Part shown: piece by piece, positions 41,800 through 54,169 of the stretch
Numbering within the stretch: position 1 is the first letter of the stretch
How the letters are laid out: each line of letters opens with the position of its first letter
Notes under the pieces: generated by a model
The model's input: the letters and a program-made list of their open reading frames with translations, nothing else
What the model was told of the DNA's origin: nothing
Database searches by the model: none
Source of the DNA: Lama glama
Lineage: Eukaryota
Length of the DNA stretch: 64,000 nt
NCBI GenBank assembly: GCA_028534125.1
Contig: CM052816.1
Span: 45,014,001-45,078,000, forward strand
Reading direction: 5' to 3'
Made by a program: the position numbers and the translations under genes

Positions 41800-44120
41800 C
41801 ACTCATTTTCGGTTTCTACTTTCAGTTAGATCTTCCATACTGATCAGAAGTCTTCCTGGGTTTTTGCTCGTTTCACTTCTCATTCTCTGCACTGAACTCC
41901 TTCCACTTTCCTCAAATCTCCAACTAAGTCACTCCTTCTCAACAATGTCCATACCAAGAAAGTAAAAGCCATAGGATGGAAATTCTCTCCTCTTCCAGGC
42001 GGGAAACTTTCCTCTCACTCGTTGAAGTGGGAACATGGTCTTTACTTGTACTTAAACTAATCCTAAGGATTATGCTCTAGACCCCATTCCTTTCTACCTT
42101 CTGAGAGAAGTAGCTTTATCAATGATCTCTCTTCTATATCTTAAACCTCTCCCACCAGATGGGCATCTTATAAAAGACAACTCTTCCCTGAATGAGTCAC
42201 CTTTTAGCTACTGCCCTTTCTCTTCTCATTCACAACTAAATTAAAACAGTTGTATATCTGCCCTGCTTGTGGAAGGAGGGGCATGGGAGAAGGAAAGGGA
42301 GCAAGGTGTAAGTCAGAGCCCACCTGGTACGGGGTGAAGACGATATCACACACAAGTCAGTCCAGCATGGAGAGGCCAAGCCTGAGCAGGGTAAGGATAC
42401 GTCCATGAAGAGGGGCAGTCTGATGTGGATGACAGAGCTCACACAGGAGAAGAGTGCATCTGTATAGGAGAGGAGATGGCAGTGGAAGGGAGAGATGGAT
42501 TACACACAGGGAGACTGACTACACAAGTAAATCTGATAAGGCCAATAGGAGCCAAGTTTCTCAGCATCAAAGAAGGGGATTACATATATGGAAAGGGAAA
42601 AGCAAAGAGCACACCTAGTGCCCGGATCTTATCTTCTATGTATTATTCCCTACTAAAAAGACTCATGTCTAAAATGACTGATTTCAGGGCTAGGAAATCA
42701 GGAATAAGAAAGTACAAGATAAACTTGTTAATACCTGTGACTGAAAGAAAGAAAGAAAGAAAGTAGGTAAAAAGTGACGGAGGCATGTCAAGAGACAGAT
42801 AAGCCACTTGGAAGGAGCTTTCACCAGCTAAACTGGGTACAATTTGCATACAAGGTAAATAATGATAATAATGAATTAAGGCCCAATAGTACTATAAATA
42901 AATAAATGAGTAAATTGAAAGATTAATGAGGAATATGAAACTTGCAAAGTCTCAAAGAATTTCCCCATAAAACATTTACTAATTACCAAGAGAGAAAAGA
43001 AAATTAATAATTGAATCCTGACAGACATCCTTAATTAAGTGACCATTAGTAATGAGACAAGTCAAAATTGTGTGCTATCTAATAGGATTCAATGAAAAGA
43101 AAACATCATCACTTTCGAGGTGTTTCTGTCAAAATCTAATAATTTAGCCTTTTCATCTGAACCACAGAACACAGTGACTATTTCCTCAACTTTCTCAAGA
43201 ATGGCATATAACTAATAAATACTATTTAGCTGTATTGGAAGAAATTAATTTGTTCATAAAACATACCCCTTAGGATGTTGGGACTTAATTCTTTCCCAGA
43301 ACTCTGGCTGGAAAAGTTCCAGAGGTACATTCCGTAAAATAACTAGTCTGTAATCTTCAAAATATCAAGGTCATTAAAAATCAGGAAACGATCATGTTGC
43401 TGCTCCCAACTGAAGGAGACTAAAGAAGTATGACAACTATATGCCACAGGTGATTCTAAACTGTATCCCTTTGCTCTAAAGGACAGTATTAAGACAACTG
43501 GTGAAACTTGATTGGGTTTTGAGGAGTAGATGGTAGTAATGTATAATGTCAATGACCTGATTTTCATGGGTGCATTACGGTTATGTAGGCAAATGTGCTT
43601 ATTTGTAGGAAATGCACAGTAAAGTATTGGGGGGTGGTGGAGCATTGTACTGGCAAATTACTTCCAAATGGCTCAGGGAAAAAAAGTTTTTGTACTGTGC
43701 CTGGAAATTTTCTGTAAATGTTTTGTTTCAAAAATGTTCCAAATCAAAAAATATTAAAACTAAACAAATACAAATTCATCATCATCCTCACTCTTTCCCA
43801 TGTTCCTCATCTTGGTGAACGGTTCCACCATTCAGTCATCAAATTGCCTGAGACAGAAATCCAGGGTCGCCCTTCACTCCCCTTCCATTACAATATACAT
43901 CCAATTAATACGTCTCCTTCTGAACCCATATCCAACTACACACCAAGTTCTAGTGATCCTACACTCTAAATATCCCTATGCCTCTCTGATACCACACAAC
44001 TCTGGCCACCACCCTCATGCTCCTCTATTACTGACCCTAAAGTAGTCTCAAATTTCCTCCCAATCCATTTTCCATATGTCAGTGAGTTATTCTAAAACAC
44101 AAGTCTGATCACATTATTTC
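41800..44120 (+). mobile_element. L2 interrupted by an L1MC-like 3' segment (~42270-43745)
   Basis: Pyrimidine-rich L2 segments at 41800-42260 and 43770-44120; the inner segment is homologous to 35030-36425. Confidence 0.65.
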
Positions 44121-44212
44121 CCTCACACCAGTCAGAATGGCCACCATTCAAGAGTCCACAAACGATAAATACTAGAGACGGTGTGAAGAAAAGGGAACCC
44201 TCCTACGCTGCT
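44121..44212 (+). mobile_element. Isolated ~90-bp internal L1 ORF2 fragment
   Basis: 78/90 identical by hand alignment to 21192-21281; no 3' UTR or poly-A. Confidence 0.85.
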
Positions 44213-44509
44213 TTTTTTCTATTTTAATATAAGTTAATGAATTCAAAATGACAATAGCCATTATTATAATTAACTCTATAAGTTTTTTAAGTTTCTAAGG
44301 TAACATGAATATATACATAAAATGAGTACTGTAAAATATCCAAAAATATATACAGATTTCACAATTTCTTTTGACTTCTGATTATTATATATTTTCACTT
44401 AAATCTTATTTTTGATTCTTTCATCTCATGCAGTTTTGTGTGGTTGTCTAGAAAAACGTCCCAGAAGATTCTACAATCTTACAATGGAAAACTGTTAAAA
44501 GATAACATT

Positions 44510-45040
44510 CCATTATCAATTTGTCACATATCAATAAATATTTATTGCGTGTGTGTTATGTACCAGGCTCTATGCTAAGTGCCAGAGACAGAAAAATATG
44601 ACCACTGTAGCATAGACAAGACCTGGAGAGTGCCCCTGAGAGGCTTGCAGCATTATGGAAGAGACGACAAACGTACAAACTATATAAAAGATTGAAAAGG
44701 AACAGTATTATTTAAAAGGTGCTATGTAGCAAGAAGAGAAATATATAATCCAAACTAGAGGAGGAGAGGATGGTCACAGGAGATTTCTTGGAGGAGATGT
44801 TGAGAAATAAGCCTACTAACTGGCTTGCAGTATAGCCTAATAATTTAAGAGCACAGGTTCAAAACCAAGCACCATTTGTTCCTAGCTGAATAAGTTTGGG
44901 CAACTTATTTCATCATCCCAAGCTTGTTTCCTTGTTCATATAATGGATGTAACAATATTTACCTAATAGGGCCATTAAGAGACCAAGTAAGATGAGAGGA
45001 GAAAGCACAAATAAGAGTAGAAAGCACAATGGTTATTATG
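44510..45040. mobile_element. L2 3' end (minus strand) followed by a MIR
   Basis: caataaatatttattg...gtaccaggctctatgctaagtgc; then agagcacagg...ttgggcaactta. Confidence 0.65.
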
Positions 45041-47369
45041 AGATATGCTATTTTGCTGCTTGTTATGATGATGATTTCTTTCTCTCTCACACACATCCCA
45101 CTCAGCATACAACCTGGTGGTTTCTGTACTTCTCAGCCTATATACACATGACCTATACAGCTATAAAAGAAAAAACTGCTCCATCTCACTGACCCAACCC
45201 TCTCTGCCTCATCTTCTGTCATCAGCCAGGCTTCCCAATTCCCTGAAAACTCTGTTTGAATTGCTGTCATGATCAGACATGTCGGTGCCACGTCCACTCT
45301 TTGAACATGATTCTGACGATCGAGTTGTCTCTAGACTATCTGTCCACCACAACTCTCCTCTCACCCTGTATTGTCCCCATATCCACCAGGAGACAGATCT
45401 CTTGGCCTTCACCCTCACACTACTCTCTGATGGGTCTTTCTTACCAGTATTTTGGTGATTTTTATGCATTTCACTTAACCAGATTTGCCCTCTAACTCTT
45501 GGCTACCACTGTCTCCAAGCCAGTAGCAAACATTTCATTTCATTTGGAGCTATCATTGCAGAGACAGAAAAAAAAATAAATGTGGTAAGAACACAAAACT
45601 GTCAAGGTTTATAAAGATGACAAAGACTAGTGCTAGAAAAAGAGTAATAGTTGGGCCTTTTGTTCTTTCCTATAGTATCTTCTTTAGGATCATGACTCTT
45701 ACAATCCCGTCTTTCCTCTTTCCCTGCAATAATCTCCCACTGGCTACTCATCTACCAAGTGACTCTTTCTGAAAGGTTTCTCCTTCCTCTTCATTTACAG
45801 AGAAACCTAAGGGAGGGGCAGGGCTCAACTCAGTTTCTTCTCATATACTCACCTTTCAAGGGCTTTTACCAAGTTTCATCAAAACAGATCCAAATAATAG
45901 CAGTAACTGGTAATAATAATAAATAACAAATTAATGTTAAAAGTCTTCTCCCGGTTTAAGTAGCCCACTGGTAGAAATAAAGTGTTCCCTGTTTTTAAAA
46001 GTGTAAAAGATACTACTTGAACATTATAACTATTAGGTAAAAGGTATCTAATCTAACTTTCAAATTCTGTTTTCAATTCATACCTTACTAAATTGTTGTG
46101 GCTTTATCTCAGCATTACTCCCACTTTCTAAAGACCAAGTCATACTGCATTATTTTAATTTGTAAATTATTCATGATTTAATTCTGTTCCTCACTTTGGA
46201 TACTTTGCCTTGTGTATCTGCACCTCCACTCACACAAAATCCTTCATATACGTTTCAAAGTCCAAAGCATTAAAGCATTAAATTTATTTCTATCGATTCT
46301 CTGTAGCAAAATAATCTGATGTTCATACATGACTACAAAAATGTTATATCAAGTTGAGGCAGAAAATTTCAGTTGCCTCATGTATCCATTGAAAGGTATG
46401 AAAGTAGTTTACACAAGAACTAAAAAGACATTTATGTTACAAAAACAACAAATTTAAAGGTAATGGCTGATTACCTACATATGAATTTACTAGGTCACAG
46501 ACTGCACGTGTAATTTTAAGGTTTAGATATCACCTAACCTGTTTTCTGACCCTGAAACAAAACGTCATTTGAAACTCTTAAAATTCTGGATGCAGTGAGT
46601 CCTCAGCAAACTTTTAAACTTAAATTGCCCCTCCTCTTCCCCGCTTTTCCCAATAAACACTTCCTTCATCATAGCTACACCTTCAATGTGGTAGCAAGTA
46701 AAATTCCCCAACAATAGAAACGATGTAACATGAAAACGGAGCTGACTACAGATGAATGAGAAGCAAGAATTCTCTTACACTTCTTAAGTTATGATAACGT
46801 AAGAATAATAATTACCAACAGTGAATAAAACTAACCTTTGATGGCAGACCCTTGGAAAATACTTCCATTAAATAGTATTGACAAGGTAGTGGCAGTAAAT
46901 AACAAGTTCTGAGTTGTTGTTTTTTTAATTTTTTAAAACTGTTTCTTTTTTAATTATTCATAATGATCCTTTTCATCAAAAGAGAAAATGTAGGTGATTG
47001 ATTGGAAGGGCAAAATTCCCCAAGGAAGATATGGAATATGAAATTCCAGTTAGCCAAATATGAATTTGATGTAAGAAACTGATTACTAGTTCCTTTCAAT
47101 TATACTTTGCCACTAAAACTCAGTATCTATTAGAAAATATTAGTCATTATATTAGAATTTTTTTTTACCCTCATTCTATAAAGCTGTGCCTGGTCAAAAA
47201 TCACAGAATAGTTCAGAAAGGAAATTCAGCATTTCTGATGCTCCTTGTAGTCCCAACGCCCCACGAGCCTGGATGAATAAACTTTATCAACTCATCTAAC
47301 CTAGCAGGCCCTATGTGTTACAAATTCATTAAAGAGATTATCCTTTGGAGCCACTAATCAAATCTGTTG

Positions 47370-48243
47370 TCAAAATATTCTGCTGGACTCAACAACAAAA
47401 AAACAAATAAACTGATTAAAAAATGGGCAGAGGATCTGAACAGACATTTATCCAAAGAAGACATACAAATGGCCAATAGGCAAATGAAACGGTGTTCAAC
47501 ATCACTAATTATTAAGGAACTACAACCACAGTATCAGCTCATATCTGTTAGGATGACTATTATCACAGAGACAAGAAATAACAAATGTTGAAGAGGATGT
47601 AGAGAAAAGGGAACCCTCATACACTGTTGGTGGGAATGCAAACTGGTGTAGCCACAATGGAAAACAGTAGGAAGATTCCTCAAAAAAAATCAAGAATAGA
47701 GCTACCATATGAGCCAGCTATTCTACTTCTGGGTATTTACCCAAAGCACGAGAAAACACTAATTTAAAAGATATACGCAACCTATGTTCATTGCAGCATT
47801 ACTTACAACAGCCAAAATATGGATACAGTCTAAGTGTCCAGAGATGGATGAATGGATAAAGGTGCGGTATATACACAAAATGGAGTTTTTTTTACTCAAC
47901 CATAAAAGAATGAAATCCTGCCACCAGTAACATGAATAGACCATGAGGGTATTATACTAAGTGAAGTAAGTCAAACAGAAAAATGAAAGTACCATATGAT
48001 TTCATTCATATATGGAATCTAAAATAACAAAACAAGTGAACAAACAAAATAAAACAAAACTAAACTCAAAGATAATAGAGATCATATTAGTGGTTTCCAG
48101 AGAGGAAGGGGGCTGGGGGATGGGTAAAAAGAGGGAATGGGATGGTGACTAGACTTGCAGTGGTCATCACTTTGTAGTGTGTACAGATGTTGAAATATAA
48201 TGCTGTACACCTAAAACTTATACAATTTTTTTAAAAGTTTAAA
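47370..48243 (+). mobile_element. L1 (L1MA/L1MB-like) 3' fragment
   Basis: aaaaatgggcagaggatctgaacagacattt...gagaaaagggaaccctcatacactgttggtggg... through the 3' UTR. Confidence 0.9.
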
Positions 48244-50208
48244 AATTCTCCTTGATAGAAAGCATTGTCATAGATTAACTGGCAATGCTGTTCTTTCTCA
48301 GTTGTACATCTAGATGAAAATGTGTCAAAATGTTAACCAGTGGTATCTCTGGGTGAATAGCAGAATTATGAATGATTTTATATTAAATCAAAAATGAGAT
48401 TAAATGGCATCCACATAACACATATCACATTATTTCTTAACAATGGAAAACAGAAACTAAATTTGGTACTGAATTTCATCACAAAATCCATAAGACATTT
48501 AAAATGCTTATTAAGTATGAACAACATAGCAAAAATATCATGTAATTATCAAATATAAAAAACAAATCTTATTCATTTTGCTAATAATAAGCAAATATTA
48601 CCTCCAGTCTCCACATCAAAGTCAAATTTGTTGCATTTTTGAATTGTTAAGAAGTCAGAGTTACAAAATCTTGAAATACAGAATTAAGACTTAACAAACA
48701 AAATCCCTTAGTTCTACAGCACTCAAGCCTGTCAAGTCTTAGTTAAAATAGGGATTAAGCATGGATTTCGTACATTTCTTTGAGAAACAGGTTCTGATTG
48801 CTGATATAATTTTTCTTACAAACACATACCAAAACTTTCGGTTGAGATGGCTTGCTTTTTTTTAAATAATGAAATTGGGCACTTTGATATAACTTGTGAA
48901 AAACTCCAGACTCGGCAGTAATTTTGACGTATTGCCTTAATATTATATATCTTGATAGAGATGATCATTTGTCAGTTTTTGACAGAGTTCTTGAAATTCA
49001 GTTTAAACCTTTATATGGTAAGATGGAACACCCATTGAATTTAAAATCCAAGAAACAAATATCATAAAAAGAGAACCCTATTTAAATTCTGAAGAAGCTA
49101 TAAAAAGGGGAGGGGGAACTGGTTATACTGTCTAGTTGGAATTTTATTCAGTTGTGCCAACTGAATCTAGTGGAGGGGTTGGAAGAAGCGAACGGAGACA
49201 ACACAGCAGCGGGATGTTGTTCTGGGCACAGAAAGCAGCCTGTAACTGCACGTTGGCAACAGTGAGACAAGCTAACAAAGGGGGCAGAGGATGTACTTGA
49301 CAGGAGTATAGAGAGAGTTAGCAGATGAGTAGGAGGAAATGGCATATGAGACGTAGGCTGTGGTGCAGTAGGAAAGAGCCTTGGTGGTAAAGATGAATAG
49401 CTTAAATTTAATGCAAAATACAATAAGGGCCCAGTGAAGCAAGTCCAAGAGCCCAGGTTAATGGCTATCTTACAGCATTTCAAGCTGTCAGAGGGTAGAT
49501 ATTTAGACATGGAGTCTTGAAAAGGGGAGGTTATAAAAGTCATGAGAGAAAACATTCGAAACTTAGTCCAAGTGGGGTTTTTTCCTTTTAGAAAAAAAAA
49601 CATAAGCAAGAATTTAGAGGTATCAGCGTTGTTTGTTTCTGATGTTCTCATAGTTTGAATAAATAGGAGGAAAACAAAATGAAGCAAGTAAACTCAAGTT
49701 TAGGTGCTGAAGAAACTGTCACATGATCAAATCCAAAGAGAAGAGTAGGATCTTAGGTAAGACTGATAGGGGATAAGAATTTCTTGGCAACTTGTCAGTT
49801 ACTAAAGTGTTTAGGAAGATACCATAAAAAGAAAATAAAGAGAAGTAGAAAAACAAATAATAATGATAATGGTTTATAATACCCTAAAACTTTCAAACAG
49901 AAGGAATAATGTAATACATTGACAGGGAATATATCATTTAATTGCTAAAACAATTTTCCAAACTACAAATAATTCTCTTAAGAGTTCTTTTTGGTTAAAT
50001 GCAAATCTAGTTTGTTTAAATAGCTGATTCTTATTTCCTCAGAAATAAGCTATAGCCCTTAATAATTTAAAACAACTTTAGTAATGAAGGCCTCATTGTG
50101 AACTGCACTTTTAAATCCGTTCCTTGCCCAATGTTATTTGAATGCTTAATGTGTATCATTTAACCTTAATGCTAAGGAGCTGACATCTTAACAAATTCAC
50201 CACTTTTA

Positions 50209-50303
50209 CCACTAGGTGGCGAAAAAACCCAAATAGTATCTGTTACCAAAGCTAGTACAAGATCCCAACTACTTGAACAACTAGAACTGCCACCAGGTGT
50301 CAA
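50209..50303 (+). promoter_or_regulatory. Two tandem CTCF motifs
   Basis: CCACTAGGTGGCGA (50209-50222) and CCACCAGGTGTCAA (50290-50303). Confidence 0.65.
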
Positions 50304-50514
50304 CCAAGAGAGGGGGAAAAAAGACTTCCCCCAATTCAAATATACAAATTCATAGTTTTAAGCACAACTATTTAAACTTTATTAGAGATAAATGGCCTGC
50401 TCATTAACTGCCCAAATAGTTTGCATATTTATACTCACTTATATAATGCTCGAGTCCAAGATACTGCCTTTTCAACTAAAATTCAATTAAATAAAAATCA
50501 GTACCATCCAAAAA

Positions 50515-50537
50515 AAGCAAGCAAGCAAGCAAGCAAG
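50515..50537. repeat. (AAGC)n microsatellite
   Basis: Seen directly. Confidence 0.9.
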
Positions 50538-51599
50538 ACCAATGAGCTTAGTATATTGTAACTCACAGGTTCAACCTATCCAAATATACTGCACAAAAGA
50601 ATCTAAAGTGGTTTAGACGGACAAAAATCTTCCAAAGCATTATTTGGTTATGTATATATATTTATATATATTCCATATTCATTTTTTTTCTTCCTATATT
50701 TCTCTCCTATAAGCAATTTTGTTGACCGCAAAAAATCTAGGTAAGTATATGCTGTTAGCCTTGAATCTCAGTGTGATTTTATGAAAGCATTGCCATTTGT
50801 TACCAAAACGTTCACAATAAACAGACAAACGTACCTGTCCGTGAGACAGATGTATTATGAGAATTACTATGTTGAAAGGTCCAAAGCTAAAAATTAAAAT
50901 TAAAGCTTTACAGAATTGAGCTCTATTTACGTAACAAATCATAGTTCTTAAAAATTATCTTCTGCGCTTCACTGACTGCTAACAAAGATTTTTTGATCCT
51001 GTTGTAAACATTATGTCAGCTAAAACACTGTGTCATGCTGCCTTTTATACGGCGGTACTTTTTTAGGCCGAACTCTATACTTAATCCTCTGGACACAGGA
51101 GGTGTAATCATGTCATACACTCAAATCTAGCTGTAGGTGGTGTCTCAAAAAAGGACTTTTTCTTTCTTCGAGGAAGTGGTCGAACCTTTTTCCTCCCTGC
51201 TGTCATCATGCAAATAACTTGGTTGTTTTTCATTGCTATCGAATTAAGAAATGAAAGAGAAAGAAAACATACTGATTAAATTATACTTGCTCCTTACAGC
51301 ATTCTCTTTTAAGGTCTCGAATCGGTCTCGACTGGGTTCATTTCCACCCTGCCTACAAAGCACTGGTTTTTAAAAGAATCCAAGCCAAGAATGCTGTCGT
51401 CTATGAACATTATCTCTTGCCTGATTTTTATTACTTTTTTTTTAATTCGTTAGTTTATGCTCACAACCAGCCCTTGCCCAACCGGTTTCTCCCCTTCCCC
51501 CATCTCTCTTCACACATCACTTTTTCCTCCTCCCATCCAGGCAGTGGGCAAAACCCTGCAGTGCCGCTAAGGCATGCTCCGGGCTGGTCACTCAGCAGT

Positions 51600-52000
51600 T
51601 TATCCTCACTTGACTTTGCAAACATCTCCCCACCCAACCTTGTCCCCTAGTGGCCCCCTCGGCCATTATCTTTCCACTAGAGTGTGCTCGGTAAGGGACT
51701 CCAGATAGCACGTCGAGGGCTTACGGTAGCCTGCCTACCAATAGGAGCCCACAATGAAGAGAAGTCAGGTTCAGCCTCCCGGCAGCCCGTGTCTTCTTCC
51801 CTAGCTGTACACCTACTGTACCCGCGAGGGAGCGAGCGAGCGAGCGAGCGAGCGAGCCGGCGCGGGAGGGGACGCGCAGGGAGGGCGGACAGCAGCCGCG
51901 GCGTGCGCATGCGCGCTGGGGTTGTTTTTCACAAAGCTCTTAAAGTGAGCTGGCAGCTTCCAGCCGCCCGTCTTTGTAAGGAGACCACTGAGACTAGCAG
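51600..52000 (+). promoter_or_regulatory. ARRDC3: ARRDC3 CpG-rich core promoter
   Basis: CpG-rich; CCAAT at ~51738; (GAGC)7; NRF1 consensus TGCGCATGCGCG at 51904-51915; TATA-like CTTAAA at ~51938, about 250 bp before the ATG. The exact TSS cannot be read from sequence. Confidence 0.85.
51830..51857. repeat. (GAGC)7 in the ARRDC3 promoter
   Basis: Seven perfect units counted. Confidence 0.97.
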
Positions 52001-52196
52001 GAGCGCGGAGCAGCATCCTCTCCGCTGCCCTGACTTTTTAAGAAATCTCAATGAACTATTTGTAAAGAATCACTGATCCTGCCTGCAAGCTTTTTGCACG
52101 GCAAAGACATCGATCAGTGTTAAGTGAAGATCACGTTTTATATGTGATCTTGACTTTTTTGTCTTACATTATATTTTTATAGATTTTGTTATAAAC

Positions 52197-52476
52197 ATGG
52201 TGCTGGGAAAGGTAAAGAGTTTGACAATAAGCTTTGACTGTCTTAATGACAGCAATGTCCCTGTGTATTCTAGTGGGGATACAGTCTCAGGAAGGGTGAA
52301 TTTAGAAGTTACTGGGGAAATCAGAGTAAAATCTCTTAAAATTCATGCAAGAGGACATGCGAAAGTACGCTGGACCGAATCTAGAAACGCCGGCTCCAAT
52401 ACCGCCTATACACAGAATTACACTGAAGAAGTAGAATATTTCAACCATAAAGACATCTTAATTGGACACGAAAGAG
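52197..52476 (+). CDS. ARRDC3: ARRDC3 exon 1, coding part (280 nt)
   Basis: Translates MVLGKVKSLTISFDCLNDSNVPVYSSGDTVSGRV...ILIGHER, the ARRDC3 N-terminus (arrestin-N domain). Donor AG|GTAAGT at 52477. Confidence 0.99.
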
Positions 52477-54169
52477 GTAAGTTTTTAAATCATTCAGAAA
52501 TCATTAGACCTGCTTTCTTTGGGAAAGTATTTTTTCAGTTTTTCTGAATTAATGTAATTCTACTCCTAGCATAACATGTAGCAGTTTGATAAATGTTAGC
52601 AAAGTTAGATTTGGTTTCTCCTTGACATTCATCGTGTTAAGCCGTAATGCTTGCAGGCATCTGCAAAGTGACTGCAAACTGCACTTACTCAACTACCTCT
52701 ATACCGGGCTTGGTCTGTGCCATACGCACTTGCAGTCCATTTTCACCTTACTTGTAAATTCTGCTTAAAGCCTGATTCAATAATTTTCCTAATATGTTTT
52801 CAAATTAATTGCTAAAAGCTGCAGTCCGAATTAGATTTTTTCCCTTGTACTCTGCAACCTTAGGTCTTAAAAACTAAGCTTCAGTGAAGAAATAGAATAA
52901 CATTTTTAAGTGGGTTAATAGGTATATTTTATTTCTAATATTGACACGCAAAAGGCTTTAAAGAATTGATCGTTGTTCCTTGATAAAGGGTTTCTGTGTC
53001 TTATTTTGACATATGGTATCAACACCCCACGTGTTTTTTCCCTATTCTTTCCAGTTCCTTTAGAAATTTACATCAAGCATTCTCTAATTTAAAGGACAGT
53101 ATCTGTCATTATGGTATGTTTCAGATCAGTTTTAGAAGGCATTTAAGGTCAGTAATTTTCTTTTCTGAGCATCATGTTTAACTTTGGAACGTGCATTCAA
53201 TGAAACCCGTGCCAGTCAAATGGAATAGAAAAGTATGCGGCTCATTGGATTTGATTTTTGGTTAGAAAAGGGAGCTAAAGCGTTGTCAAAGGGAGAGAGG
53301 GTCCTGAGATTTCCAATCTATTGTTTAAATGGTTACATTGTGGAAATATAGGAGACTCTAAGCTTGTTTTTCTAAGTTTCCACCCTTTGTTAGAAGCGGT
53401 TCAATCCTGTTTCGGACCAGTTCTGGGGGGTGGTGAGGAGGGGCGCTTGTTCTGCTCTCAGCAGATTGGTTACACGCGTCAGGTGGTGGCGATGACTTAA
53501 TTCCTAGCCCAAGAAGAATATAATGTTAAAACTGGTTATGTAATTTTGTGCTTCTCCTTTTTAATGCAGTATTTAGTTCGAATGTTGACGGTTTTTCAAA
53601 GAGTAGAGCACATTTTACTCTTTTTATATTAAAAAATACACATCCGTGAGGAGGTGCTAATTGAACTAAGGCAAGTGTGGAAATGTAGGGTGCTTTGAGT
53701 TACAGCATTAATGCATTATTTTTTAAAACATTAAAATGAAACCCATTATTTAGTTGGGTTTTCAGTTACACATAGGTAATTTGCATCCTGAAAAATGTCT
53801 AGTTAATCTCTCCGAGCAGTGACACTGATACGAAATGCAACTGCCTAATGACAGTCCTGGTGTTTGCTGAACAGCAGACACAGGAGTTTGTATTTGAACC
53901 TTTCTGTACGTGGTAGTTTTTTATAAAATGGATAAAAAGAAACAAAGGTTTTTAAAGAGTTAAGGTTTGCAGTGGGGTAAAAGTAGAATCACGACTTCTG
54001 TGGACAAACACAATTTCATTAGTTGCTCCATGATTTCACAGCAGAGAAAACTATGTGCCCTGCACCCCACGAGATGCCCCTCAACCCCTGCAAAGCATGG
54101 AAGAACTCTAAGCCTGGAATAGTTTCAATGACTTAAAACCTGGGACCTCTCAAACTAGCCTGGTGACTG

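Noticed and set aside
49148..49687. Longest non-genic ORF (179 aa, minus strand)
   Set aside because: TTG start, composition typical of a random frame, no recognisable homology.
757..51650. Many 60-180 aa ORFs in the upstream region
   Set aside because: Many use non-ATG starts and overlap LTR, LINE, SINE or microsatellite sequence. None has a recognisable domain or exon structure.
51684..52076. 130-aa ORF over the promoter, and similar ORFs at 54245-55445
   Set aside because: Open frames are expected in GC-rich CpG islands; low-complexity Arg/Ala/Pro content and mostly non-ATG starts.
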